DNA of 64,000 nucleotides from Vermamoeba vermiformis. Lineage: Eukaryota. Below are positions 23,852 to 35,506 of the stretch, piece after piece (the stretch's first letter is position 1; every line of letters begins with the position of its first letter). The stretch is from NCBI GenBank assembly GCA_045837725.1, contig JBEWZL010000087.1, positions 1 to 64,000 on the forward strand. The letters run 5' to 3'. The notes under the pieces were generated by a model that was given only the letters and a program-made list of their open reading frames with translations, ran no database searches and was not told the DNA's origin. A program made the translations under genes and the position numbers.

Positions 23852-26800
23852 TTATTTTGTTTGTGCTACTCCGTTGGTACCAGCAGCGTGCACATTATTA
23901 ACAATGTTATTAGAGGTATTATTTGTAGCAGTTTGATTTTTCGATTTCTTTTCGTCTAAAGCTTGCTTTCGTTTGGCCAATTGCCCAACAAAAGTATATA
24001 AAAACTTGAATATACCTTTGCAGCCTTTTTTGCGCAAGTAATCCAAGTAATGGAAGCGAATGTTTTGTTCTCTGAAGTGTTCTGGTCGGAGAACTGGAGG
24101 AGTCGCTTGTTGACCTGGCTTTTCAACAGTGCTCGATGCAGTTAACTCCTATATTATTAAAGTATTAGTAATTGGTGCGATAGTTGCGCAAGCTTAATAG
24201 CGCGCCACATCCACGAGTTTTCTGCGTCGATCGGATTCGTACCTTTAAGCAAGTCCAACCAATGGAGCCCAAGCTGTATGAATATGCAATTGACAAGGCG
24301 CTATCAATGCCTCTAAATTGAATCTTCTCGCGCACATCGACAGGCAACATGAGCGGATTTGAGAACTCGCTTTCTGAAACAGCCGGTGCTTGGCCAGCAA
24401 AGACCTTGTCTCTCCAAATAGCATAGCAGAACGACCAAATATATCCGTTGAGTGCTGCGACTTTATCGAGACCTTGCTTGAACGATAACTCAGGCTGTTC
24501 AAAAAAGGTACGTTAGATCGCGTGCCAAAAACAATCATAAAAGTACCTAAAAGATTACTATATGACACCATATAATTTGCAAAGGTATCATTATGATATT
24601 AAGATTCGTCATAAATTAAAATAATCAATGATACATACCACGAGTTTGTTGGAGATGCCCAATCTCAAATTGTCAAATTCGCTCTTGTATTTGGTGAGCA
24701 CGGCACACATGCGCGACAGAGGCATGCACGAGGCTGATAACAGCATACGATAGACGCAGTAGCTCGAAGGTGGTGTCGAGAACGGGATCCTGAACTTGCT
24801 GTGCAGTCTGCAGATCACTTCAAAGAAGTTCAACACCGCGTTTTGCATGAGCACGTGATCTCTGTCCAATTGCAGCGCGAGCACGCCAACACCGTCTAAG
24901 AACTTGATGGTCTCGGCAATCGTTTTCATGTAGTCTACGTTCGGTTCCAAATCATTGAATACGAAGTGGTCAACCCTATTAATTCATATTGTTAGCTCTT
25001 TGAATATTGAAGAAAAGCAGATGCGCATCCACATCCAAAAAACCAACCCGAAATCGATAGAGAATATTTAATACTAAGAGTAGTACTTACTTTTGTTTCT
25101 TAATCATAGCGACCCAATCGACTTTGAACCAATTCAACAACATTTCGGTTAAGTGATTGAACACTCGGGCACGTTTTTCAGGAGTTTGAGCGAAGAACAA
25201 TCGCGTGTTCAAAAATTGCAGCAATTCTATCGACAGAACTTCGTACGGCGAGGGCTTGATGAATTCTAACAGCTTCAATACTAGATCGATGTTCTCGTCA
25301 AAGTCCCAAGTCTTCAAATAACGCGATAAAAACTTGTACATTGATGGCAATAGTTCCTATAATGATATTTATGTTAGCAAATTCCGAGTTAATGAAATAG
25401 TACTGCAGATCGTGCAACAAAACTCCGATCTTTTAAAAATCGAAAGAAAATTCTAGAAAATAATTTAAGCCCTAAAAATAATACGTACCTTAGTAACGGA
25501 AGCAAATTGCAGCATTTTGTCGAATAAAGCTCGTCGCAGCAATTTGTTGCCGGTTTTGTTGCGCCAATTGAATGCTGATAATAATAGATTGTTGAAGGTC
25601 CTTTCTAATTCATCTCGTGATTCCTCGCTGTAATTAAGTGATAACAAGTGAATTAAATGTTCGTTGACTGGCTTCGTCAAATTAAATAGATCTGCATTGT
25701 GGATCGCTGTCGTGTTGTTGATTATTGCTTGCTTGTTCCACGTCTCAGCTGTCTTCTTATCTTTTTTCTTATTGGTATTATTGTTGCTATTATTATTACT
25801 TCCATTTATCTGTTCTTCACTGTCAGATTCATTTTCTAAAGATATTGTTTGCGTGTCAATTGAAATTACCAATTTTTTGTTATATTTCGATTGAATAGCA
25901 GCTATCTGATTCGACCATTCGCTATCAGGGCACTAATAAATAATACTATTAGAAACTATCCTTAAATAATCGCTCAAGTCCTAGTATCGTGAAAACTCAA
26001 AATTATTTCGTTTTTGAAGCTTACCTTAAATACTTCAAATGTCGATGAAACACTCGCTGAAACTGTCACCGACTTGTCGTATTGATGGAACACATTGCAT
26101 AAACACTGCAGCTCTGGCTCGTTCGGCGAATTCGCGGCCAATTTGTTCCTGGAATGAAATCAAGCTTAATACGTCGCGCAAATAATTCTAACTTAATCTT
26201 ATCAATACTTACAAACTTCGTGCTCTAAACGGTTGCACGTGGCATGCACGAGTGACCATGCTGAGGAGGTTGCAAATCAACGGCCTATTCATTCAGAAAG
26301 CATTAATAAACGCTGGTAATTTGACGATTAAACAGTTTTTGCGTATAATCTTGCACTGAATAATTTTGCGCGAGAAAATTAGCGTTACAGCAAGGTTTGA
26401 TTCACATTTTTGAAGATATTGCAATCAATTTGCTGCGAATAAACGGGTCTGTGAACGTACCTTAATCGTTTTTCTTTCAAATATAAGAAGAATACGACAT
26501 ATAGCTTATCAAAAATTGATCTATCGCGAATCAAATCGACGACTAAGAGTAACCACGTCAAAACGGCCACTTTCAATTCCTAAAATTAAATAAAAATTAG
26601 CTTAAGCTCGAAAGCGCCTTAACATTATAATTTTAACATCGGAGTATTAGCGTATTATTTTTGTAATCAATTTGAACCTAATAATCGTTCGATCCTGCAA
26701 AACTTCGATCTGTCAAGCTGTTTCGCGTCCAGATTGAAATTTAACGCTTACCATATTATATGTTACAAAAGGACCCATGAGGTTAACAATGTCGTCGGTG

Positions 26801-27325
26801 GAAACAAAATAGCGAGGGATTAAAGTTCGGATCAGGAATATGGATGTGCTTTGGTCTAAATAATCGGGATTAATAAATTAATACAATAATTAAAATATTA
26901 TTTGCATGATTATTACTTACCCTCATTCTTCGATAGGGCCACAATTATCTTGACTAATTTATTAATTTGCAGTTCATCCAATCCGTGCTCGATACTTAAA
27001 TCTTGCAAGGAACGTAATTCCTGCGATGAATTTGATTGAATGCTCTTTTTTGTTGGTGAGCTTGGCCGTTTTCTTTTCTTGCTACCACTGTCCGTCAATT
27101 TATTTTCGGCCGGATCGGCTGCTGAAATTGCTGAAAAAATAAGAAGAAATGTTATTTAATTGAATGTAAAATAATTATATTAATTGTATTATACAGTATA
27201 AGAGCCTAACGATTAAATTTTTTCGAAACGAGAGATTTCCATCCTCCGCCACAAAAATTAAAGCCACTCTTACCTTTCGCAAGCCCGGAAATTAATTTGT
27301 TTATTTTCTTATCCGTTGCCTCCAT
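23852..27325 (-). CDS. CENPI: Centromere protein I (CENP-I/Mis6 family)
   Basis: Spliced translation contains LIRTLIPRYFV, AVLTWLLLVVDLI...LYVVFFLYL...RPLICNLLSMVTRACHVQPFRAR, recognised as the Mis6/CENP-I N-terminal conserved block. About 10 exons. Confidence 0.72.
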
Positions 27326-27572
27326 ATTATAATTCTACAATGACATTATGAACCAATTCAAATAGTTCTCTTGTTGTGTTCAACGATCGACCGCAGAAAT
27401 TTTGGCGGCAATGGCGAAAGCAACACCAAACCCCAGAAAAGAACGGTTGCGAAGCTAACAAAGCAATACTAGAAGTACATATAATATTATTAGCTTTAGC
27501 ACGTGGCAGCCGCAAGAGATAAGTTAAAAAAGATCTAATTTTATTTTTAAATCAGACGAACAACACAAAATT

Positions 27573-28118
27573 ATGACCCACCATATTTGTATTCTCGGCA
27601 CTAAAGGTGTAGGTAGAATGGCCTTATATAACCGACTAAGGTGGGGAGTCTTTGTCGAAAAGGGATATTATGACGCTCCCTGCGATCCAACGGCGATATT
27701 GTCCATTATTGTTGATGGCCAAGAAGAAACGTATGATATTCAGACTGACTATGAGGAGGTCGGACTTCGAGAATTGGCCATACAAAAATTTGCGCACGGA
27801 TTTATTTTAGTTTATTCCGTGGAGATGGCAGAGTCTTTGGAAAAATTAGCTGAAACTGTCCAATTAATAACACGACTTAGAGGGACCAGTGATTTTGCAT
27901 TCGTGGTTGTGGCAAATAAGACGGATTTGGACCACAAAATCCCTCGTCAGGACGGTGTGGAATTTGCGAAGCGACACAATGCTCCTTTTATCGAAATTAG
28001 CTGTCGCAATAATACTGGCCTAAACGAGATATTACCAGCGATAATACGGGAAGTCAAAAAGAGAAAACCAGTACAACGGCCACAAGGCAAGCAGAAAGAA
28101 AGATGTATAATATGTTAA
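27573..28118 (+). CDS. Divergent Ras-family small GTPase, intronless, with CAAX
   Basis: GTKGVGRM (altered P-loop), FILVYSV, VVANKTD (G4), FIEISCR (G5), C-terminal CIIC. Confidence 0.85.
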   Translation: MTHHICILGTKGVGRMALYNRLRWGVFVEKGYYDAPCDPTAILSIIVDGQEETYDIQTDYEEVGLRELAIQKFAHGFILVYSVEMAESLEKLAETVQLITRLRGTSDFAFVVVANKTDLDHKIPRQDGVEFAKRHNAPFIEISCRNNTGLNEILPAIIREVKKRKPVQRPQGKQKERCIIC

Positions 28119-28285
28119 TAGGGAATATAATAGTATGTAATAATAGAATCACAATAAAGCGAGGTTAAAATGGAATAAATTCTGATAAAATAGTCCAAAT
28201 TTCAAGCACGTGCTCTCGAACATCTATTTCGGTCCCCAAACTGTCATTTTATCATATTACGAACTATAGTCAATACAACAAGATC

Positions 28286-30272
28286 ATGGAAGTACCAAAG
28301 AAGCTTGATCCAAAGAACTACCCGATCAACCTTCCGCACCACGCTAGCTCTTGGAGCCGCAGAAAAGAAGCACTTGCTAAGAAAGTTAGTAAGTACCAGT
28401 TAAATAATAATTAGCCTCATTAAACAGTAAAACAACAGATATGAAGCGGAATTGCGAGTAAAATTTAAATCAAGACTCGTCCCTAATTTTAAAAATTAAT
28501 TATAATATCCAAAAATATCTACATAATTCACTATTAACGAGAATAATTGTCAGCAAATTTCTCTGAATTGGACGAGTTGTTTCGTCAGCTCGATCCGAAG
28601 AGCAGCACACCTCTGTTCTTGGTTGATTACTACAAGCCTGATAAGCGTCAAAAACCTCGAGAAGTCTTCTTCGAGAAGGTAAGCTTGCGCGTGAGAAGTG
28701 AAATATGATGCCTAACATCTTTGTTTCAGATCTTGCCCAACATCCAAGCTTTGGTTCTCAAGCTTCCAGAACTGTTCCCTAATCCCATATACCACCTCGT
28801 GCCCCAAACTGATGCAAGAATCTTATTGACTCGTGAGCAAGCCTCCGCACTGCTGGCCTGTGCCTTCTTCCATATTTTGCCTCGTCCTGATTCAGTTTAC
28901 ACTCGCATTATGTCATTCAACGACGTGAATTTCGACGTACTATTCAGCGTTAATGCTGATATGTTCCCTACTGCTACTGGTACGCGAGATTGATAGTTTG
29001 GCACGTGTCGTACTTGCTGACACTTTAACTCCAGGCTGCTTGTGCTTGTTGCACTATTTCAATCGCATTCAAGAAAAAGCACCCGAGGGCCATATTATTA
29101 TTCACCGTAAAGTCCTTGAAAAGAACGAGAAGCCCGACTGGTGCAACAGTAAGAAGCCTCTGCGAAAGGTACAAAATAACCAGATTTAACTTTGCTACTT
29201 ATCTTAATGCTTTATTAACTGTTTATTAGATTCAAGTCGATCATGACGTGAATATTGAGAATGATACCGAGTCGTATTTCCACGCAGATTTTGCGAACCA
29301 ATACATCGGCGGAGGTGTTTTAGGCGGCGGTTGTGTGCAAGAAGAGGTACGTAATGCTGTTTTAAGACGTATGTTAGTCTTCTTATTGACGGCTACTTTG
29401 TGAAGATATTGTTCCTTATTAAGCCAGAATGCCTCGTGTCGATGCTGATCTGTCCCAGAATGGAAGAAAACGAAGCCATTATCATTTCTGGCGCAGAACG
29501 ATTTTCAAACTTTTCTGGTGCGTAAAGAATTATCTCTAATATAAGGAGCTAATCAGAGCTTACTTTTTACTTGTTTTGTTAGGTTACGCACATAGTTTCA
29601 GATACGCCGGAGATTTCGTGGATCAAACTCCTCGCAATGAGAAGTTGAACATTGTGCGCAACCACATCATAGGTATAGATGCAGTAGTTAATTCTGGCGG
29701 CTTCGAGTTCCAGTTCCGCGATGCAAAGTTGTATCGGGACATCAATAAGGCTTATTGTGCCTTTAGAGGCTTGAACGAGGACGATGGTAATCTCGAAGAT
29801 AAGGCACCGATCATATCTACCGGAAAGTAAGTATTTATTAAAGGAGTATAATATTAAGCCAATCAAACAATGGCTGAACTTTCAATTTTCCGGATGTACT
29901 TCGAACAAGCTTTTCGTTCAATTATTGTTGATTTTTAACCTTATATTTAGTTGGGGTTGTGGTGCCTTCGGAGGTGATAAGAAGCTTAAGGCTATTCAAC
30001 AATGGCTCGCGGCAAGTGAAGCAGTTGCGGAAGTCAACTACCACACCTTCAAAGACATGCCGTTCACTGAATCGCTCAAAAAAGTGTCCTCGGCACTATT
30101 GGCTAAAAATATTACTGTTGGTCAGCTCGCGACAGCACTAAACGAATTTGCCAAATTAGTCCAACAAGATGCGTGGGAGAACCGAGATCTGTTCAAGTAC
30201 TTAAACACGCACTTTAAGCTCGATGAAGCTGACGTCGATAAGCTTGCTAGTGACATTCAAAAGAAATTGTAA
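28286..30272 (+). CDS. PARG: Poly(ADP-ribose) glycohydrolase
   Basis: HADFANQYIGGGVLGGGCVQEE|ILFLIKPEC signature; SLLACAFF; WGCGAFGGD. Confidence 0.93.
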
Positions 30273-30429
30273 AATAAATCATCGCTTGTTAATTTGCAAC
30301 TAAGCGAAGAAAAATTCTTGTTTGGATCAGATCTCGCTACAAACTATTCGATTGGGGTTAATTCTGCCTTGAATATATAAATAGCACTAATTACACCAGC
30401 TTTATTTACATGATTAATCAGATCCGACT

Positions 30430-30500
30430 TTTTGGTACTTTCATGAACAGGTTCTTTGATTTTCAAGTCATTTCCGAATCTGTCAGTCATTCGATCAAAA
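30430..30500 (-). promoter_or_regulatory. Candidate type II SECIS element in the 3' UTR of the selenoprotein
   Basis: The minus strand reads ATGAC-TGACAGATTC-GG-AAA-TGAC-TTGA-AAA-TCAA-A-GAACCTGTTCA-TGAA: AUGA/GA core, an ~11-bp stem, unpaired AAA and an apical mini-stem. Confidence 0.7.
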
Positions 30501-30523
30501 GATTGGATCGATTAAGGAATTAT

Positions 30524-30977
30524 TTACAATGTCGCTACGGCTGTATATCCGTGCTCTTTGAGTTTGGGTCGCAGATCAGCAATAGAAGGATAAGAAGTAG
30601 TTTCCAATCTTGAATAAATTAATTCGGATCCAACGTATACTTCAAATGCTCCTATTATAGTACTCTTATCATCGTATTCTAACACGGCGCCGGGGAATTC
30701 AAAATTAATATAAGCCTTGAGCTGCTGGAACTGCAACCAAGGACTTGTCCCCGCTCAGGATTTGCACGGCGTGGACCTTTATTATTAAAAATAATTGTAA
30801 ATAATTTGAGTATATTTTGAAATTAGTTTAGAGGCTAATTAGCTTTTATTGAGAAATTCTAGAACGAAGATCTTACTTGTAAACGACGAGGATCTTGTCT
30901 TGTTGTGAATTGTGGTTCCTTACGGCCTCACGCTCTTGCACTTGCTCGGCAATAGACTTTTTGCTTGTGTTTGACAT
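30524..30977 (-). CDS. Rdx-family (SelW/SelT/SelH-like) selenoprotein with CxxU
   Basis: The spliced frame reads ILVVYK|STPCKS-TGA-AGTSPWLQFQQLK...GAFEVYVGSELIYSRLETTSYP. The in-frame TGA at 30755-30757 is the U of CxxU. GxFEV...LIYS is the Rdx motif. Confidence 0.85.
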
Positions 30978-31098
30978 TAGTAATACGGATAAAATTAAAA
31001 AGATTTGCAAAACACGAAATATCGCTAACCTCAAACGTTGACCTCAACTAGGCAAAAAAACTTATTTATTTATTATTATGATAAGGTGATCGAGCTTT

Positions 31099-33118
31099 AT
31101 GGCAGAACGAGAATCCAGTAAAAGAAAATTAGATGAAGTAGATGGCATTAATCAGAACGAACCATCCAAAAGGTTCAAAGTACGTTTTACAACAAAATTA
31201 ATATGAATTATTCTGTATTAAACGGCAGTTACCAATGCCTCGAATTAATACTGAGTGCAAATCCAAAAAAAAACGATCAAGAAGTTCCTTCAAAATTTTT
31301 GTATTACTTGATCGTTACCATAACTAAAGCACATTATATTGTAGGTTGATGATGGTCCATATCAATTAAATCACCTAATTCACGATGAAGAGATCTTGCT
31401 GACCGATATCAAAAAATTGGTTGAGATAGATACTAAAGCGGATCCGTTCGATAAAATTTCCTCTATATTAAATATAGAGTCAAATAGCGCGACTGAGGCA
31501 GACGGAGAAGCAAATAACTCTTCCACATCCGCGAGATCAAAAGTTGAGCAGATCTTCAAAGTGTGCGCAGACTGGCGTGCCAATTATACTAGTAGAATAG
31601 AAAATAGAGCTTCAATACGCATTGGAGAATTATTACTATTATTTGCAAAGAACATGGTATCAAACAGCGTGGATGCACAAACACATCTGCTCACTATGAC
31701 AAGCATGACGACAAAAGCTCTTATCAAGGCCTTGCCACGCGATATATTAACAACAGTATTAAATCAATTAATATCAATTGGTGCTATTTCATTCCCGTAC
31801 AAAAAGTTTTACGTGACCCCTGCGGATCAGCTCTTTGCGAACCTTCAAAAGTACCAGCCGGAGATTTCCGAGAAAAAATTTTCACCGAATGCGTGTGGGC
31901 CCGTCGACAAGTATCTATTCCCTATTCAGTTTAACGGAAAATACACTGTCTTATCGAACAACGATGCGAACTACAACGCGATTGACGTGATTGGCGATCA
32001 CTTCACTGAAGAGCAGAGAATGAATGCGATTAGAGCGGATCAGAAGCTGTCGCCTATGGACTATTGGAAACAACACGCTTATGACGTAAGTACCTTTCTA
32101 ACGACATCCACTAAAATTTTTCAAATTGGATCCAATTTACGCCTTCACATCTTTTGAATGCGCGACTATTAATTCGATAGTAATTACTATCTATTCAAAT
32201 CATTATTATTAATTAGTATTGGTTGTAGAAACCGTCAATTCAAATTTCATTATTATGCGTAAAGAATCGGAACCTGGTTATAATGGTCATAAATTTTTTT
32301 GAAGTAGCTTTTTGAGAGGTTTTTATTACTTGTAATGAACTTTTTTTGCTAGATAATTAAAGGAGTATCACAAACTCAACACGATTTGAACGCTGAAAGT
32401 ATGCGCGAAGAGCTCTACAAACAAGTCAAAGAGTGCACGCAGTTCAAACCAACGGTCGCGTACAGTGTCTATAAAATGCTCAATGCGAAGCGAATATTAG
32501 ATTTTTCAGCTGGTTGGGGCGATAGATTAATAGCTGCTATGGCGTTAGAAGAATTGGAGCAGTATTTGGCCTTCGATCCGAACACGGCGCTCAGATCCGG
32601 TCATCTTCAAGCCGTCAAAACGCTGTGGAAGAATAAAGAAGATATCAAAGACGATGAATTTCCTAAAGAAGTAGAGAATTATATACGAACCATTCGAAAA
32701 AGCGACAATTCCGGCAGATCTCAAGTTCGATCTGGTTTTCACTTCGCCGCCGTTCTTCAGTTTTGAAATTTATTCTAAGAATGAAGGCCAGTCCGTAGAA
32801 AGTTACCCGCAATTCGACAAATGGATGAAGAAATTTCTGTTTGTGGCGCTGGAAAAGGCTTGGAACGCGTTAGAAACCAACGGACATTTAGCCATTCACA
32901 TTACTGACGCTGGAAGGAACCGCGTTGTCGAGCCTATGAACTTGTATATACAATATGCATTGCCGAATGCGAAGTACTGTGGAGTTATTGGCACGGAAGG
33001 TGGATCCAACAAAATATTTCCTATTTGGGTGTGGCAGAAGATTAACGAAAAGACAGACTCACGCGACAAAGACGACGCGATTCATTTAATGAAAAAATAT
33101 TACCGTAACTTGTATTAA
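31099..33118 (+). CDS. Putative N6A/N4C (amino) DNA methyltransferase with bipartite NLS; one apparent frameshift near 32670
   Basis: Motif I ILDFSAGWGDRL precedes motif IV FDLVFTSPPFF (in the shifted frame). ECTQFKP upstream. The N-terminus carries KRK...KRFK. Two introns. Confidence 0.75.
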
Positions 33119-33437
33119 AGTAATAAGATTAATTCCAACTTGTTTGCGTCGCGTTTATGATACTGGTATTGTCTTTGACAATAGAACGAAGTTGCGAGCG
33201 GCTGAACCAAAATCCTACTGAGTTTGACCATGCTGACGAACGTAGTGCTGAAAGGTATTCGTTTTGTACGCGACGTTTCAGCAATCTAAATTTCAACCCG
33301 TTTGCATTAATTACTGCAAAGAAGCTATTCGCTTTTAATGGAACGATGATTACTTCTGGCCTTTATTTACATCATTTCAACGAACTAGGAGTTCATTAAT
33401 GAAACAATAGCCACAATAAAAGTCACTTCAAACGTGT

Positions 33438-34362
33438 TCAAAAGCCGTCGAAGACATCTGCAGGGTCACTTTGCCTTGCCTCGTAGAACCACTGCTCATA
33501 ATCTTGCACGTTTTCTTCATCAGCAGCAGCGTGTTGGGGGGTAGTTACGTTGCCTCCTTGTTCCACGACCAATTCGAGCGTTGGAGTGGCAGGAATTACT
33601 GGGGGAGGGAACGGCAAATCGGGAATTTCAGCTTCTGGCTCAGCCACGGGCTCGATTTGAATAGCTCTCTGAGCGCGTTTTGTGGGCAGTCTGAGCTCTA
33701 CTATACCTGTCTTGGTGATGGACAGCACTTTCTTTTTTTGCAACGATTGCTTGACTTGCGTTATGGCTGTACGATTGGGGCTTGTCGGATCCATCTTCTT
33801 GGCACCAGCATTGCTAACCTTTTTTTGGTGGGTCTTGGTGATGCGTAGAAAAGAGTCCAGGCTCGTCTCCGAGAAGCGAATGACGCCATCTGCTTGCGGC
33901 TTAAGGTCCAAAAGATCCGCTGTCTTCTCCGCTGCAGGTAGGTAGGTTACGCGTTCATCGTTGGGGACAAGTGCGTTGTTAGGAGTGTGATAGCGACGAG
34001 CTGCTTTCCACAACAACACAAGGTGACGAGTTTCAGCGTCGCTCATCTGCTCAACGCGAGAGCGATCTAAATAATAATTATAGATAATATTATTATCTAA
34101 GTAATAAAGGTGATAATACTAATTTAACTAAAGTCAAACTATGTAAATTCATACCAAAATAATGAATCGGAGAAAGAGGTTTTGGCTTTCCAGTTTTTCG
34201 ATCAGATCAATTCTCTCGTCCAATCCTTTGAGGCAGTCGTATTGATCTTAAATCGATCAACTAAAAACTATGCATAAGCAAATAATATAACAGAAGGGAA
34301 AGAAAGGATAATAAAGTAAAAGGTTGGAAAAATAATAACGGATCTTACTTACATGAAGTCAT
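33438..34362 (-). CDS. Hypothetical protein (basic middle, acidic/Pro C-terminus)
   Basis: 202-aa ORF 33438-34046 plus two small upstream exons after a TATAAATAG. No family recognised. Exon 2 needs a 1-nt indel. Confidence 0.5.
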
Positions 34363-34449
34363 TGCGAAGAGAGGTTTTGTGGGTTTTGTTAGATTTTTTT
34401 GATTTAAAATAGACTCGTTGCAAATCGCTATTTATATTTTCTATTCTCC

Positions 34450-34801
34450 GAGATCAGAAAATTGACGCGCGTCATCTCGAACCTGCGCTCTCATAATTCA
34501 CTGAAATATCTGATTTCGTTTTGTATACCACTCTATTTGCCGTAAATAACTAGGGTGATACTCCAAGGGATTTTGTGCGGTGAATTTTGAATTCGTATTT
34601 TTGGAACGTGAAATTGTGTCTCTTGAAACGACTGACACTTGCATCGATACTGCGCTTCAATATGGCTATTAATGATGCTCGTCAATTGAATGTTATTAAT
34701 TGGCTGACAATACTGCGGTCACGTTTTTGTGCGGTGTAAATTAAGTTTGGCTGATCCTCGCTTGAATAATGACTGGAATTCCACTTAATCGGCTTCAATA
34801 A
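34450..34801 (+). repeat. Non-coding direct repeat, copy 1 (~350 bp)
   Basis: Aligns by eye with 38998-39332, e.g. shared GACTGACACTTGCATCGATACTGCGCTTCAATATG and TGGCTGATCCTCGCTTGAATAA. Confidence 0.9.
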
Positions 34802-35506
34802 TAAGACGCGACGTAGATACAACTGTAGCATTGCTTCTGGGTTGCTTTGGCTTAAAGAGTCATGGTCCCATTAGCTCGTGGACTACGGACGTAATTTACA
34901 CGTCGGATGTGACTTCATCTTCATAAGAAATAATGAGCCTCGTGTGGTGGTACTCATACTTGACTAAACACATAAGAATTGTTCGTGCCGGAAAGAACAC
35001 GATTTTGTCTGGTTAGTTATTCTGGTTTGCTAATTCGCCGATCCGTTGTGGAATTGTCTTGTACCTGAAAATCGGTAGATCCAAGTACCTTTCGAAGTGA
35101 GTGAACACGAGGAACTTCTTTACTCTGCGCATTATTGAATATTAAGGCAATAAGAATTTCTACCCAACTAAACAGGTCCGATCGAGAGCTTTATCTCTCT
35201 CATTCTACTCGATAGACAGCTTTGTTCGAACAAAATTAGTGCCGAATAAACTGTAATAAATTTCTTCATTGACAAACGAGTACGCTATCTCATAGAACGA
35301 ACTCGTGCATAATCACTCGATCTATGAGCCTTGTCCGTCGTCTCATTCTTTTGATCAAACGTTTGTAACGAATAATACTAAGGATAATTCAAGACTCTCA
35401 TGGCACTACATCTTGCACAATAGCGAATTAGATAAAGATAAGACGAACCAGCTCCGCAATGCCCAATGCTACTTCGTCTCGCCGTTTTGGTTGAAATTTA
35501 CAAGTT

